A DNA stretch of 63,624 nucleotides, filler included, from Basidiobolus meristosporus CBS 931.73 (taxonomy: Eukaryota > Fungi > Basidiobolomycota), in the NCBI GenBank assembly GCA_002104905.1. It is 4 parts of 4 records of this genome, joined end to end, with 100 filler letters (N's around TTAATTAATTAA, not from the genome) between each part and the next. Parts side by side here need not be neighbours in the genome. Positions count along the whole stretch, not along the records: positions 12,924 to 41,362 come from MCFE01000882.1; 3 more parts are not named here. One strand, given 5' to 3'. Position 1 is the first letter of the stretch. Each line of letters begins with the position of its first letter. The notes under the pieces are model-generated. The model was not told the DNA's origin. It was given only the letters and a program-made list of their open reading frames with translations, and searched no databases. A program made the position numbers and the translations under genes. Positions 24,601 to 38,154 of this stretch are shown here, piece after piece.

Positions 24601-25050
24601 TGCCAGACTTGCTGGCAATCTTGAAGCACTTAGATATTAGTATCCCAAGAAAGGAAACTTGGGAGAACCCTCTCAGCTGTAGTAGGAGAGCCAGTAATGA
24701 TCCACTGCTTGAATGATCAAGTAACATCAGCATTCAGTCAATTTTTATGTTTGGTCCAATACTAATCAGTGTTTTCTATCAAATCAGAAGTATCAGTCTT
24801 CATGTGAATACAGGATTCTTATTAGGCAGCAACAGATATAGTAAATAGGGTCTATTTTAGGTGATGATGATGCAATTAATAAGTCATCAGACACAGCCTA
24901 TATTAGGAAATACAATTAGTCAGTAACTGATCTGGCAAAATGTATACAAGGAGCTGCTGGAACCTCATTGAAAATTGGTTCAGGTTTTAGTGAATGCAAT
25001 ACTAGCCAAACTCCCTATTCCTCTACAACTTTATTTCTAGACTTGTAACA
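21658..25050 (+). mobile_element. Degenerate Gypsy family B copy 2 (RT-RH-IN + LTR 24694-25050)
   Basis: RT remnants (KPEDIPKTTFRTKYGHY, LDDILIYS), RNase H and integrase remnants; PPT followed by the LTR. Confidence 0.85.
23421..23787 (+). repeat. Solo LTR, family C, inserted in the integrase of copy B2
   Basis: TGTTG...CAACA, flanks GGAGC/GAAGC (5-bp TSD with one mismatch), homologous to 30515-30884. Confidence 0.8.
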
Positions 25051-25051
25051 A

Positions 25052-25060
25052 TGGTAGCGG
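25052..25060 (+). promoter_or_regulatory. Primer-binding site TGGTAGCGG (tRNA-iMet-like)
   Basis: Located 1 nt after the LTR end TGTAACA. TGGTAGCG is the established tRNA-iMet PBS start of Ty1/Ty3. Confidence 0.65.
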
Positions 25061-25444
25061 TAATAGCCTGAAACCTTCCCCCTGAAGAAAGAAGAACCCC
25101 CCTCCAAATGTTACTTAAAGATCTATCACATGCAAAAGTAGTACTTGTACTTTGTAATTATCTTAGCAAAAGTAGCATAAAGATATGTTCATGAAGGTCC
25201 TGAACATATGTGCCCAAAGTTTAGGACAGTTTGGATTACCTTTTGAATTCTCATGCTCCAGGTACCTAATGTTATGGCAAAAGTATTCTAGATAGATCCT
25301 AATAGGAAATCCAGTCAGTATTCTGTAGTTTTGGTAGGTAATGATATAGGTGACCAAGTAGAGTGAATGTTTAGGTAGTACTTCATGTTGTTCAGCACTC
25401 TCACTAAGCTATATACTTATGCTTTGTAGTCCCAATTGTGATCT

Positions 25445-26440
25445 TATTAAAAGTTGTGATATAAGAGTTAAAGATATACAGAGAGTTCAGCTAGTATGGC
25501 ATTCACTAAAGCCTGAACTAATCTTTGTTGGGGTTCCAGCAGCTTCTTGTGCGCATTTTGCCAGATCAAATGCTGACCCATTGCATATCTGTATCCTAAT
25601 GTAGGCTGTCATTTGATTGCATCATCATCACACAATTACATCTTACTCAATTTATCTGCTGCTGTCTGATAAGGAACTACTTTACTTGCTGACCACTACT
25701 GATTTAATAGAAAATATTGATATAGATATATGCTACACATACAACTAATTGATTTGGTTGAAAACTGTCTAATGTGGATACTCAAGGGTCAGATTGTGAC
25801 ATTCATCTCTACTAAGACTAAGGGGGGTGTCCTACATCTGTTTTCTTGTGGTACCAGTAACATGATGGCACATCATTGTCAGTAAGTCTTGCAAACATGA
25901 GTATGTCTCTATGAAATAGATCTTCTTGGATATTTCCTTGGTTGTCCACTGTCTGGCAAGTTTCAATTGGACATTCTCTGATGCCCTTGAATGGTCCGCT
26001 CCATGGTGGCTCTAACCTCTTCCAAGTGTTATTTATTAACAATAGAAATTCTCCAGTTGTCAAAGTCTCTGATGACAAATTCTTACCAAATCTCCGCTTA
26101 ATCTTTTCTGCACTGTGAGAGATCTTTGCTTGTACCTCCTGATGTTTTTGTACCAACTACTGGTGTCTAATAGGCTGATTTAGTTCATTCCTCATGTTGT
26201 CCGTGAGTCTTGGCTGAATGGGATCTCCAGGAATCCTTGACTCACATCTCCACAATAAGTAAAATGGCAATTGTTGGATAATGCTGTGTACTCTACCTCT
26301 GCTGGTAAACAGTGTGTGGTAAATATACTTGTCCCATCTGCTTAGAGCTCCATTTGCATACTTGGCCAGCATTTCTCCAATTAGTCCATTAAGCCACTCA
26401 GTAACTCTAATAAATATACAGTGATATGCCAACATTTGCA
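25445..26440 (-). mobile_element. Gypsy family B fragment (integrase C-terminus + LTR 25445-25801), reverse orientation
   Basis: ORFs 25818..26156 and 26157..26441 (LNGLIGEMLAKYANG, WSGPFK); PPT tagtagagatgaa, then the LTR. Confidence 0.75.
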
Positions 26441-26444
26441 AATG

Positions 26445-26812
26445 TGTTATGATCTGCCGCTTGAATGTTGAAGTTAGATCGGTTTTTAGTCAAATCAATT
26501 AGTATATGTTTAGGTTATCAGTATATCAGTATTATCTATGAAATCAGTAGTATTAGTCAGCAAATGAATCAGCAGATCCTTATCAGACAGAAGTAGATAT
26601 ATTAAGTAGGATCTTACTGGGTGATGATGATGCAATTAAATGAGTCATCAGCCACAACCTACATTAGGAAATACAATTAGTCAGCAATTGATCTGGCAAA
26701 ATTTATATAAGGAGCTGCTGGAACCTCAATAAAAATCAGTTCAAGTTTTAGTGAGTACAATACTAGCTAAACTCCCCATTCCTCTACAACTCTTATACCA
26801 AGACTTGTAACA
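26445..26812 (+). repeat. Solo LTR, family B, with 4-bp TSD AATG
   Basis: TGTTA...TAACA termini with AATG on both flanks. Confidence 0.8.
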
Positions 26813-26999
26813 AATGTTTGATCTACTGCATTTTTAGGTAGGCAACATTGTTTATGCTAAAAGACTAGTACTCTTTCAACACACCAAGCAAGATAAAGTA
26901 GAGAATGGATACAGTAGTAGCAGAGATCTATGCAATCAGTTTTATGTTTGTAGTATAGCTGCTCAAATCATATTACAGACTCATAGCACAAAGCTTTAG

Positions 27000-28457
27000 A
27001 AGCAACTAGTTGGCATTAGTGATTGAATTCTGCATAAATACTCCTAGAATATCAATATATGACTCTCAATGCTTCCAATATACTCTTGGTAAAAATGGTT
27101 TTAAAATGCCACCTTGAATAATGCCTATCCAGTTCATCCAGTCCTTGCACTTATATTTTGGTGAATGCATATCAGTAGTGCTTGGAACCTATGACAAATA
27201 TTATGGTTAGCAAATATTATCTACTTTATAATCATTTCTTTTGAATATCTTTAGTATCTCAAAGGCCCTATTCTACCTGGTAATTAGTACAAGGTTAAAG
27301 TGCAAAGCAAATGTATTGCTCCCAGTGGAAAGCTTTTGCACCAACAGATACCCTGCATACTAAATGACTATGGTTTCTGATAAATTCCATACTCTGGCCA
27401 ATGTCTTATACCTTACCAACTGTGCTGCAAATGCATGCTGACTTCTGTGCATATTCTCAGTAGAAAGATGATGATCTTAGTACTGGAGTGTGGTTGATAA
27501 TAATGTGTGCAAGTAATGCAGTAAATCCCTTAGTTCTCAAGCATTTGACAGTGATACCATCCTTTATTTCAAAATGTCAGCTAGCTTGTCCATTGTGCCT
27601 GAACACCCAGCCATCTTGCTGATGGCAGGGATATCTCCTACGCATAAAATAATATGCTCAGGAATATTGACCATTGAGCTCTATGCCACTGGAAAGCATA
27701 CAAAATCCATGCAGCAAAGGATACAGTAGCTATCCAGGTTAGACCATAATTTAAGTAAAATACCAGTGAGACTACATTCTAATATCTGCTCTGATATTGT
27801 CATATAGGTGGAAAATTCAGGTTGATAGGAATCAGTGGCCAGCAAGATGTGCTGGCACAGCACATGCGTAATGAGTGGCTATCAATTGCTTAGGCAAAGG
27901 CATAGTCATTTATATCTTCAGAGTAGCCCTTGTTTCTTAGTTGCTTTTATTGTGACATCAAATACATTGGAAACGTTAGCACTTTATTGACACTGAGTGC
28001 AGTACTTCATAGCTTCAAAATATTTGTAGGACTGCATGAGGTTCTTTGGACAGGGTGTTACTGGAATATATCTGCAGTGTGAACAATGTTTTCCTCCACT
28101 GATGGTGGATTTCTGACAAGTTGGACATCTTACAATGGTGGTATTAACTGTGGGGAATGCCATACAACTGCTAACAAATGCTGGTATCTGGATGATGCCT
28201 GGGGCATTTGTTCCCAGTTGTATGATGGCTGTCCACTGGTACCATACATATGGTAAGTTACATTTGGGAATAATTTTGGCAAGATGTAGCAGCATATCTT
28301 CAGAACCCTCTTTATCAGTATATATGGAAACACACCACTTCTCTAGCCAGAACATCACATCATTTACCAGTCTCAAGAGCCCACTACAATCAGGGCTAAA
28401 AGTGCAGAACAAGCAGCAAACAAACATCATGTTGCCCAGAGAGTGACAGCAAGGCAT
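27000..28457 (-). pseudogene. Second degenerate CACTA-like transposase copy
   Basis: ORF 27984..28457 (DVMFWLEKWCV..LAKIIPKCNLP) matches 13762..14094 (DIMLWLEKWCI..LAKIIPGCNLP). Confidence 0.8.
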
Positions 28458-29499
28458 AAACAGTCAAACGCAGATCCACATGTGCAACATATATCAGGGG
28501 GAAAACAGGGTACAAAACAAGAAGTACTCATTCAAAGAAGCAGTTAAGGACCCAGTGGTTTGAAGATAAGGGTGAAGAGAAAAGGACCACTTAAGCCAGA
28601 CACAGGGAACCATACAAAAAAGCTCCAGTTTTCACTATTCAATCCCATTGCTCAGAGCTGGCTGAATCCCATCATAGCAAAAAACAATTGGCAAAAAGTC
28701 CAAAGCTATTTTCCAAAGAATCAAAAGCACAGCTAGTTGAGCCACATTCCAGTGAGGTAGATGGCTTTGCAGAGAAAGCAATCAGCTTAGCACTGCCTCT
28801 GCATCCATCATTGTAGACAGAGTGGAGATCCTATTGACAGGCAAAGCAACAATGTCAAGAACTCAAAATCCATCACAATGCTTACAGTGAGGTTTGGAGC
28901 ATATATAGGCACACTAAGAGGTTGCAGCACTGCTTCAGGGGCAGTGCTAGAGAAAGTGTACTTTAACACAGCATGAATTTATTGCAAAGACTGACAAATG
29001 AGGTGTTGGACCTTGCAGAGCTAGCTGAAGGCTGGGATGTATGGGAACCAGTGAATGAACAGGGCATAAAGCTAGAGGGTTGCTGCCAAAGTCATGGAGA
29101 AAGCAGGTGACAGCTGAAGTACCTAATAGATAACAGATTTTGAGGGGGTTACTTCTAGAGCATGGGGCTGAGCATAATTTTAGTGTTGAGGGGGACTTTT
29201 ATTGATCAATTTAATTAACAGTTGAGTTACAAATGATGCTTCAAATGAAATAGATCAATTTATACATATGAAAAATAAGATGATGAGGCACTAGATATTT
29301 GTACACCAGCTGAATACCAAGATGTGTGGGAACCAGTGAGTGAACAACAGTGTAAAGCATGGGTTCCTGCCAAAGATATGGAAAATGGGCTTGGCTCATG
29401 ATCATTGCATGAGTACATGTCAGATCAATTTGCTTTGTTAGCTGTAAATAGCTTGGAAACCACCAATTCACCTTCAGTCTCAACAGATGACAGGAACTC

Positions 29500-32400
29500 T
29501 CACATAATCAACTATATTACTTAACCAGTAAGAATGAATATCAAGGACTATAAAGCAAACCTGTAAGCCTCTATATTTGGGAACTGCAGGTCTGACCTTG
29601 TACTTGAAAAAAACATGGCTATTTTGGCATAATCCATCAATCAACTGCAGAACCCATGCTACTAAGATCCAGAAGGACAACAAGACCTTTGAGCAGTTAC
29701 CTGCCAGACTGAATATCAACTTGGTCAATTGCAGTGTGTGTGAAACAAGAGAACTTAACAGGACACAGTTTGGCAGAGCACTTCAAGAAGGTACCCAGAT
29801 GTACCTCATGGTGGCATTACAGGAGGACTCCTTTACTCCAGCACCCCAGAAGTCCAGACACTTTTGAAGGAACATTCAAAAGTGTTTCCAGATTGACTTG
29901 TAGCCTACCTCCAGTCAGAGATATGGATCATGCCATTGACATAGATGACAGCCCCCAAGTGAGTAAGACACCTTACAGAAAGAGTCCATTGGAGTGGGGG
30001 GAGATAAAGGGACAAGTTTATCAGTTATCAGAGCAAGGATATATCAGACCCAGTAAGTCACCTTGGGGAGCACCAGTACTTTTTGTGAAAAAGAAGGATG
30101 GAACACTCACAATGTGCATTGACTACAGAGCCCTCAACTAAGGTACTGTGAATAATAAGTACCCCATACATTGGATTGACAAGCTTTCAAGCCAACGCAA
30201 AGGAGCTACCATATTCAGCAAGATTACCACACGTCAGGATACAACTAGATTGGGTTGAAACCAGAAGTCATCCCTAAGACAGCATCTAGGACCAGATATG
30301 GACATTGCAAGTACTTAGTCATGAGTTCTAACCTTACAAATGCCCCTGTAATATTCATATCTTGGATGCTGACTGTCTTCCAGAAATACTTAGAAAAATT
30401 TGGGGTAATCAGCCTAGATGACATATTGATATACAGCAAGACAGAAGTGGAGCACTTGGAGAATATTGAAAAGGTTTTGAAAAAGCTAAGAGAGAACAAG
30501 TTGTGTGTCAAGCATGTTGATTTATTAGACTATTTGGTATCATTCTGCAGCTGATAACTAACTTAACAATACTGGACTAGTCTTGGTCACTTTAGGACTT
30601 ATTTGCAGCCTCAACTTTGCCAGATTCTTCACATCTATGATCCTATGATTCTTCCCCTATAGTGAAGATCAAATTAACACATCTTACCAAATATTATGTA
30701 TCAACCATGAAACTGCTGCAGAGTGCTCCTGAATGTTCAGAAACCCTCAGTACTTATTATAATAGCTGCATTACTTCTACAAAGGTATAAATACTGATCC
30801 TCTTTATGAATAAACAGCAGCTCAACTATCATCACTATATCTTGAAAGGTTCCTTAAATCCAAATCACTTCTTAAATTGCAACAAAGCAAGCAAAGTGTG
30901 AATTCTTAAAGGAACACTTTGAATACCTGTGACAAATAGGGACTAGCACAGGAGTGACCTTAGACCCCAACAAGGTTGAAGTCATCAAGAATCTGAAGTA
31001 GCCCCATGGTAAATTGGAACTCCAATCATTCCTTGGAATGGTTTCCTATTATTGGAGATTTTTCAAGTCCTTAGCAAATATTGCAGCCCATTTAACTGAT
31101 ATTTTCAAGAAAGACAACACCATAAAGTGGAAAATAGCCCATGAGACTGCCTTTCAGATGCTCAAGAATGAAATTGCTAAGCTGCCAAGCTTATGAATCC
31201 CAGACTTCAGAAAGAACTAACTCTGTGCACTGATGCTTCAGACTACTCAATTGATGGAGTAATGAGCCAAGAACATGAGGGAAAGGATACCCAGTTGTAC
31301 TCAATCCAAGAAACTGAGCTCAACAGAACAAAACTATCCAGTGCATGAGAAGAAGATGCTTGCCATAACACACTGCTTGAAGACCTATAGATGCTACATT
31401 CAAGGAGTCAAGTGCATTGTAAAGTCTGATCATGCCTACTCAAGTATAGTGAATACATTCAGCAATTTGACTAGGAGATTGTCTACTGCCCTGGGAAAAA
31501 CAACAAGGTTGCTGAAGCCTTATCAAGACTAGAACAGGTTGCTCAACTTGGTGCATGAACCAGAATGGCCTAGCTTATTCCCAAAGTACTTAGGGGACCC
31601 ATTTTCTAATGACATGGATAAGCAGATCAAAAAGTTAATTTGAGACAAAGCTGGTAAGTTTGTAGTACAGGATGGAGCATTCTACCACTTTGTTCATGGA
31701 AGCCCTATTGCCAATTGCCCTTATGTTGCTTGCCTGGACTTAATACATACACTACACAATGAATATGTGCATCTTGCAATTGAAGGAACCTATAGCCTTA
31801 TGAAAGCCAGAGCATGTTTGCCCAGAATGAAACAAGATATTGAGAAGCTAGTGATGACATGCTCAAATTGTCAAATCAACCAATGCCAACTACAGAGAAT
31901 TGCTGAAAACTTTCCCTTGGAGTCTATGAGACCATTTGAGAGATGGGGAATGGATATTTTTGAAAGACTGCCAACCACCAGGAAATGCAACTGTTGGATC
32001 CCAGTAGTAATTGATTATGCCACTAAATGGCCAGTGGCTAAAGCTATACCTGTAGCCTGTGAACAAGTAGCTGCAAGTTTCATCAACCATGAGATCCTTA
32101 TGAAGTTTGATTGGGCTGTAGAGATCTTATCCAATAGCAAAGCAAACTATATGGCAAAGATATTGGAAGCATACCTGGAAATGCAGCAGATCAAACACTT
32201 GAAATCCTCAACATGTCATCACAGAACTAATGGAGTCACTGAGCGGTTTAATGGATTGTTTGGAAAAATGCTGACCAAGTATGCAAATGGAGCTTTCCAT
32301 AGTTGGAATGAGTATATAGACAAAGCACCATTTGCCTGCAGAGTTAGAGTGCACAACACCACCCAACAATTGCATTTTACTTGGTGTGTGGTTGTGAACT

Positions 32401-33203
32401 AAGGATTCCAGGAGTTCTGACACAACCAAAACTTACAGATGCCTTAGAAGATGAACTCAGTAAGCCAAGTAGTCACCAGCAGCTGGAACAAAGACATGAA
32501 ACCACACAGACCAAAGTATCGCAGTGTGCAGAAAAGATGCTGCAGATATTTCATAAGACTATATCATCAGAAGTATTGACAGTTAGGAACTTTGTATTGC
32601 TGAGAAACAACACACCAAAGAAGATTAAGCCATAATGGACAGGACCTTTCAAGATCATCAGAGAACGCCCATTTGCAGCTTACCAAATGGTGGACAAACA
32701 ATGTAATATCTGGGAATACTTTATTCATAGAGAAACATTGAAGCTTGCAAGACTTGATGCTAATACTGAACCTTTAAGATATGAATATCACAAAAAAAGA
32801 GATTCAGGAGAACCCTCTCAACCTTGGTAGGGAAGAATACTATGATCTACCACTTGAATGCTTACATCAGAACAGTTTTTAGTCAAATCAATTAGTCTAA
32901 TGTTTAGCCTATCAGTATATCAATGCTTTCTATCAATTCAATAGTACTAGTCAGCTGATGAATCAGCAGATCCTTATCATTGAAAAATACAATATTAAGC
33001 AGGATCTAATTGGGTGGTGTTTATGCAAATAAATGAGTCATCAGCCACAAACTACACCTGGAAATACAATTAGTCTGCAACTGATCTAGCAAAGTGTATA
33101 TAAGGAGCTGCTGGAACTTCAACAAAGATCAGTTCTAGTTTTTGTGAATATGATGCCAGCTAAGCTCTCATTTCTCTATAACTGTTATATCAAGACTTGC
33201 AAT
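29500..33203 (+). mobile_element. Degenerate Gypsy family B copy 3 (PR-RT-RH-IN + LTR 32838-33203)
   Basis: [46 protein letters not shown] and integrase remnants; PPT ggtagggaagaa. Confidence 0.85.
30515..30884 (+). repeat. Solo LTR, family C, inserted in the RT of copy B3
   Basis: TGTTG...CAACA with a perfect 5-bp TSD AAGCA. Confidence 0.88.
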
Positions 33204-33214
33204 GCATGTATATG

Positions 33215-33400
33215 CTTTCAAGAAATAAAGCAAAGTTTTCTGTTTCCAAACCATATCCCATCACTTACAGCAGCAGAAGATTGATTGGATAACTGCTTGT
33301 AAAAACATTCAGTGCAACAAGTAGGGTCAAATCCAAAACATGCAATGTTGACAGTGTGCCCTCTGAAGGTAATAATGCAAACTCCTCCAGCATTCAATCC
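33215..33400 (-). repeat. Fourth, more decayed copy of the MPPKN repeat
   Basis: gaaataaagcaaagttttctg..ccaaac.. and gtgtgccctctgaaggtaata match the other copies. Confidence 0.55.
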
Positions 33401-33525
33401 AGTAGGCAATTGAGAATATTTGTTGAGCTGAATGCTGACCGTAATGCTTAGGAAAATGAGAATGTTGCAGAAGCAGTACCTTTGGTTGAGGACTAACAAG
33501 TGACTGCTATAGTATCACCACCACC

Positions 33526-33894
33526 TGTCAAAATACTCAACTATTTGGTATCATTGAGCAGCTAAAAATTCACTAAACAATTCCAGACTAGTCTTGATCA
33601 CTGTAGGACTTATTTGCAGCCCCAACTTTGCCAGTTTCTTAACATCTATGATCCTACAATTATTCCCCTATGGAGAAGATCAAATTAACACTTTTAATCA
33701 AACATTATGTACTAACCCTGCAACTGTTACAGAATGCTCCTGACTATTAGGGAGTCCTCCTTACTTAGTGTTGCAGCTGCATTACTTCTACACAGGTATA
33801 AATACTGATCCTTGGTGTGAATAAACAACAGTTCAACTATTATCACCACATCTTGATAAGTACTTCATATCCAATCACTTCTTAAATTGCAACA
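33526..33894 (+). repeat. Third family C LTR (no TSD seen)
   Basis: Homologous to 23421-23787 and 30515-30884; ends ttcttaaattgcaaca. Confidence 0.75.
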
Positions 33895-33974
33895 TGTTAT
33901 GAGTCCTAAATGCCTTAACATTTCCTAAAGATGACTTCTACTAGCAAACAAAACAATACAAACATTGTCTTTGT

Positions 33975-35310
33975 AAGGGAGAGGTTTGATGGGAAGAAAT
34001 ACAGACTTTGGAGAATCAAGATGCGGATCCACCTTTAGGAAAGAAAGCTTTGCAATATAGTAACAGGAAAAGAGGTTGCACCCAAAGGAACAGCAGAAGT
34101 AGTGGAGAAGTTTCAAGAGAAGGAGAGAAAGGCCTTTAATGCTATAAGCATCAATTTGCAAGATTCCTTCATTGGACAAATCCATGCTTCAAATACTGCC
34201 AAAGTAGCATGGGAATCCTTAGAGAAGATCATTAGAGCAAAATCACTATCAAGCAAGCTTTATCTAAAACAAAAGCTCTTCAACTTGAGGAAGATATCCA
34301 ATGATGACATGCTACAACTCATTACCAGAATGGAGACACATGCAGAAGAGCTCTACAGAATTAATGCTGGTGTAGATGAGGAAGAAAAGATACTCTGTCT
34401 ACTTTGCAGCCTACCACACAAGTATGAGCCACTCATACTTTTGTTTGAATGCAGAGACAATAATTTGACTTTAGACTATGTCAAGGGAAGACTCCTCCAT
34501 GAAGAACTCAGACATACAGATCAAGCAGAGAAAATTGAAGACAATGCTTTATTCAGCTCAGAAAGGCACACAGAAAAGAAGGGGAAGCAACAAAACCAAA
34601 GAAACCTAGTTGCTGTAGCTACTGCAAGAAGCTGTGACACTGGGCAAGAGAATGCAAGAAGAAACAAGCAGACAAAAACAGAAACTGGAGTAGGCAAGCC
34701 ATATAACTACTAATGAACAGTTATTTGTAACTGTACAAGAGATTGCAAGTAACCAAAGTAATGAATGGTATATTGAGTCTGGAGCATCACAGCATACTTG
34801 TGGTATAAAGGAGTGGTTCAGCAACATAAAGTCTATTCCTGTACAAAAGGTTTATATGTGAGACAACTCTGACTGGAAGCTGCTATCAGTGGGTTTATAC
34901 TACTAAATATGAGTGATTTCTCAGGGGATACAGCATCAAAGCTGACTGACATACTCTACATCCCTGGAATAGCAGAGAACCTACTCACAGTGAGTAAAGC
35001 AACTGCTCAGGGACTGAAATTTGTTTTTAAGCCAAACTGATCTATATTGAGTGAAAATGGACAAATATTAGCATTGGGAATCAGATATCACAATTTATAC
35101 AAGTTACAATGCAATATTGTTGTACCTAAGTATGCCAAAATTGCTGAAACAGATGAAACTAACTGGGAGACATAGCATGGGTGGCTAGGACTCATTGGGG
35201 AACAGAAAATGAGCCAATTGATGAAAAATGAGCTTGTTTTAGGCCTAAACTACTCAATATCAATTGAATTGAGTGTCTGTAAGGGATGTTCATATAGCAA
35301 GCAATTTAGG
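33975..35310 (+). pseudogene. Ty1/Copia 5' half (gag, protease, pre-integrase zinc finger)
   Basis: FDGKKYRLWRIKM, SKLYLKQKLF, LLCSLP, RLLHEE (Copia gag); WYIESGASQH (protease); VCKGC. Confidence 0.85.
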
Positions 35311-35314
35311 TGGA

Positions 35315-37490
35315 ATTATAAACTTTTACAACACCCCCACTTAGCTAAATGTTCATACTGACTAGTTCTAATTTTAGCCCAAGATATTTAAACTTGTCTC
35401 TAGCTAATGGTTTGGTAAATATGTCTGCAATCATTTCATCTGAAGGACAGTAAACTAAGCTAGCTGAGTTATTCTCTAAAGCTTCACATATGAAATGATG
35501 TCTAAGATCTACATGCTGAGCTTTAGTATGAAAAGTTGGATTTCTACCCAATAGTATACATTCTTGATTATCTTAAAATAAAGTAATAAGCATTTTTTGA
35601 CATAGGCCTCAATCTGTGCAAACCTCTCTTAACCACATTGCTTCTTTTGTAGCTTCACTGGCTGCCATATACTCTGCCTCTGTGGTGGAAAGTCCTACAG
35701 TTGGTTGCTTTCTTGATTTACATGAAATTGCTCCTTGACAGTAAAGAAAGGTGTATCCTGTAGTGGATCTTCTTTCTTCTAAATTTTGTCCCCAACCAGC
35801 ATTAGAGTGTCCCTCAAGATCCTGTTCTAAATCCTTATAAGTGTATCAAAAGCAGATATCAACAGCTCATTTTAGGTATCTAAAATCACCTTTACTGCTG
35901 CAATATGATCATATTCATAGTTCTGATTATGCTGGCTAACAACTCCCACTGAATATGCAATAACTAGATGTGTTCCAAGCATGATGTACATCAGACTGTC
36001 AACCATGGATTGCTAAGGAAACTCAGTGCTTTCTTATGGCACCAAGCTCCCTTGATTTGGTTGAGTTTTGACCAAGTTAAGGTTTGTTTCCATTGAGGTA
36101 GCTGCCGGTTTTCAGTCTTCCATTTGGTACTTCTTTAGTATATCTTGATTATACTTGGATTGGCTTTGAGTGATAGTCTGGATATTTCTGTCTAAGGAGA
36201 ACCCTATCCCTGCGTAGTAACTGAGTTCTCCTAGATTGGATATCTTGAACTCTTTAGTAGACTGGATTTTGAATGTTCCAATGTTTCTAAGCTGTTGGTG
36301 GCTATAATAAGATCATCCACATTTAGAGCCAATAGAACTGGATTTGCTCTGTCTGGCTCATAGTATATACTATGGTCAGCATTTCTCCTTTTGAAACTCA
36401 AAGATTTCAAATAATAATCCATCTTGATACTGTTGGCTCTTAGTGATTGTTTGAGACTATACAGAAGTTTTTCAAGCTTGCTGTTCCAGTATGGGTTATC
36501 ATGGTCAGTTTACCCAACAGACTGGCTCATATACACATCCCCACTAAGTTCTCCATTCAAAAGTGCAGTTTTTACATACATTTGATGTATAAGAAACTTA
36601 TATTTGGCTGCAAGAGCCAATATCTATCTGATGGAATTAAACTTGGCTACTGGTGCAAAGGTCTCAGTTTAGTCATGTCCTTTTGTTTGAGAGTATCCTT
36701 TAGCCACAAGTCCTGCTTTGTATTTTTCAATTGTACCATCAGCCTTATACTTTTTGTTAAAGACCCATCTGTATCAAATTGATTTTTGGTTGACTGGTAA
36801 TATGACTAAGTCTCAAGTTTGATTTTCCATCAGGGCCTGATATTCCTCAGTCATTGCATATCTCTAGACTTTATCTAGGGCTACTTGAGGCCACTTTTTC
36901 AGTCTGGGGTCCATCAATATGGACTAAATAGGCATATGCTAAGTTTGTACACTCATTGATATAGTAACTTGGGCTATTTCATGTCCAGTTGGATTGCCTG
37001 GCATTTGATACTGGAATGATCAGTTGAGGGATAATCCAGGGCACTGATGCAGGCTGAACCATAGTATTATAGCCCTCTGGAGTAAAAAGGTTTCCATTGT
37101 TTTTCTCTGATTTAATCCTGGCAATTGGTGGACTTGAGATCAAATTTTTGTTACCATCCAATGTCATTTTTTGAAAATATTTTGAAATTTCATCAAATAA
37201 AGCATCCCTGGACTTGATCAGCTGCTTTGCTTTGGTATTGTAAAGTCTATACACCTTACGCTTATTGCAGTAGGTCAATAGTATGCATCTTACACTTTTT
37301 GGCTCAAATCTTGACTGATCTTGGGGCAGTTTCTTGGCATATGCTCTATACCCCAATATTGTGAGATGTTTTGCACTTGGTTTGTATCCATACAATGCTT
37401 CCAATGGAGTAGAATCACAAAGGTCTCTATTTTATTTCCTATTTTATGGTATACAGCTGTGGCAACTGATTCTACCCAAAAATCATGGGA
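35315..37490 (-). pseudogene. Ty1/Copia 3' half (integrase C-terminus, RT, RNase H, PPT, first bases of LTR), inverted
   Basis: EALYGYKPS, LNVDDLIIA, HVDLRHHFI..MIADIFTKPL; PPT aagtggggg followed by TGTTG on the minus strand at ~35333. Confidence 0.85.
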
Positions 37491-38154
37491 TAGTTTTTAG
37501 ACTTGTTCCATTGTACCATGCCAGGGCGTGTGGCGCAATCCGCGGTTGTAAAGAACAATTGGGCGCAATATTATAGCTACCAGAAGGCAGGATTGTTCTT
37601 GGACAATTTTGCACTATGTGGGACAATCTTGCACACTATGGCACAATCTGACACAATGAGGTTGGCACAGATGATTGCGCCAACTTGTAATGTTTGCATC
37701 ACGTGCGCAATTGGATACCACTATATTGGCAGGTAAAATCCGATATTTGGATATGTTTCTTTAATGTAAATGGAAATAAATGTGTATCACACTATAAACT
37801 ACACTGATACTCACCATTTTGGTTACCCTCACTCCAATTGGACGGTATCTCAGTGGTTAATTGGTCTAAAAGTATCCTAAAGCTGGCAGCCCCCAATTGG
37901 CTCATTGACTACTAAAAAAGCTACCTGGTTTGCCATCAAATATCCCATTTTGCCCATTGAGCAAGTAAATCCCTGATCCTAGTGATTGGACAAGGTGTCA
38001 TAGCTAGCATGCAAGCAATTGTGTAGGTGCAAAACAGATCCAATAGCTGCACTGGTATTACAGATGACGTATATATATGCAGGGTGATTATTTATAGGGG
38101 TTCTGTCTCAAATGTGAGACGACCTTGATATTGCTTATATCAAAAATTTGATGA

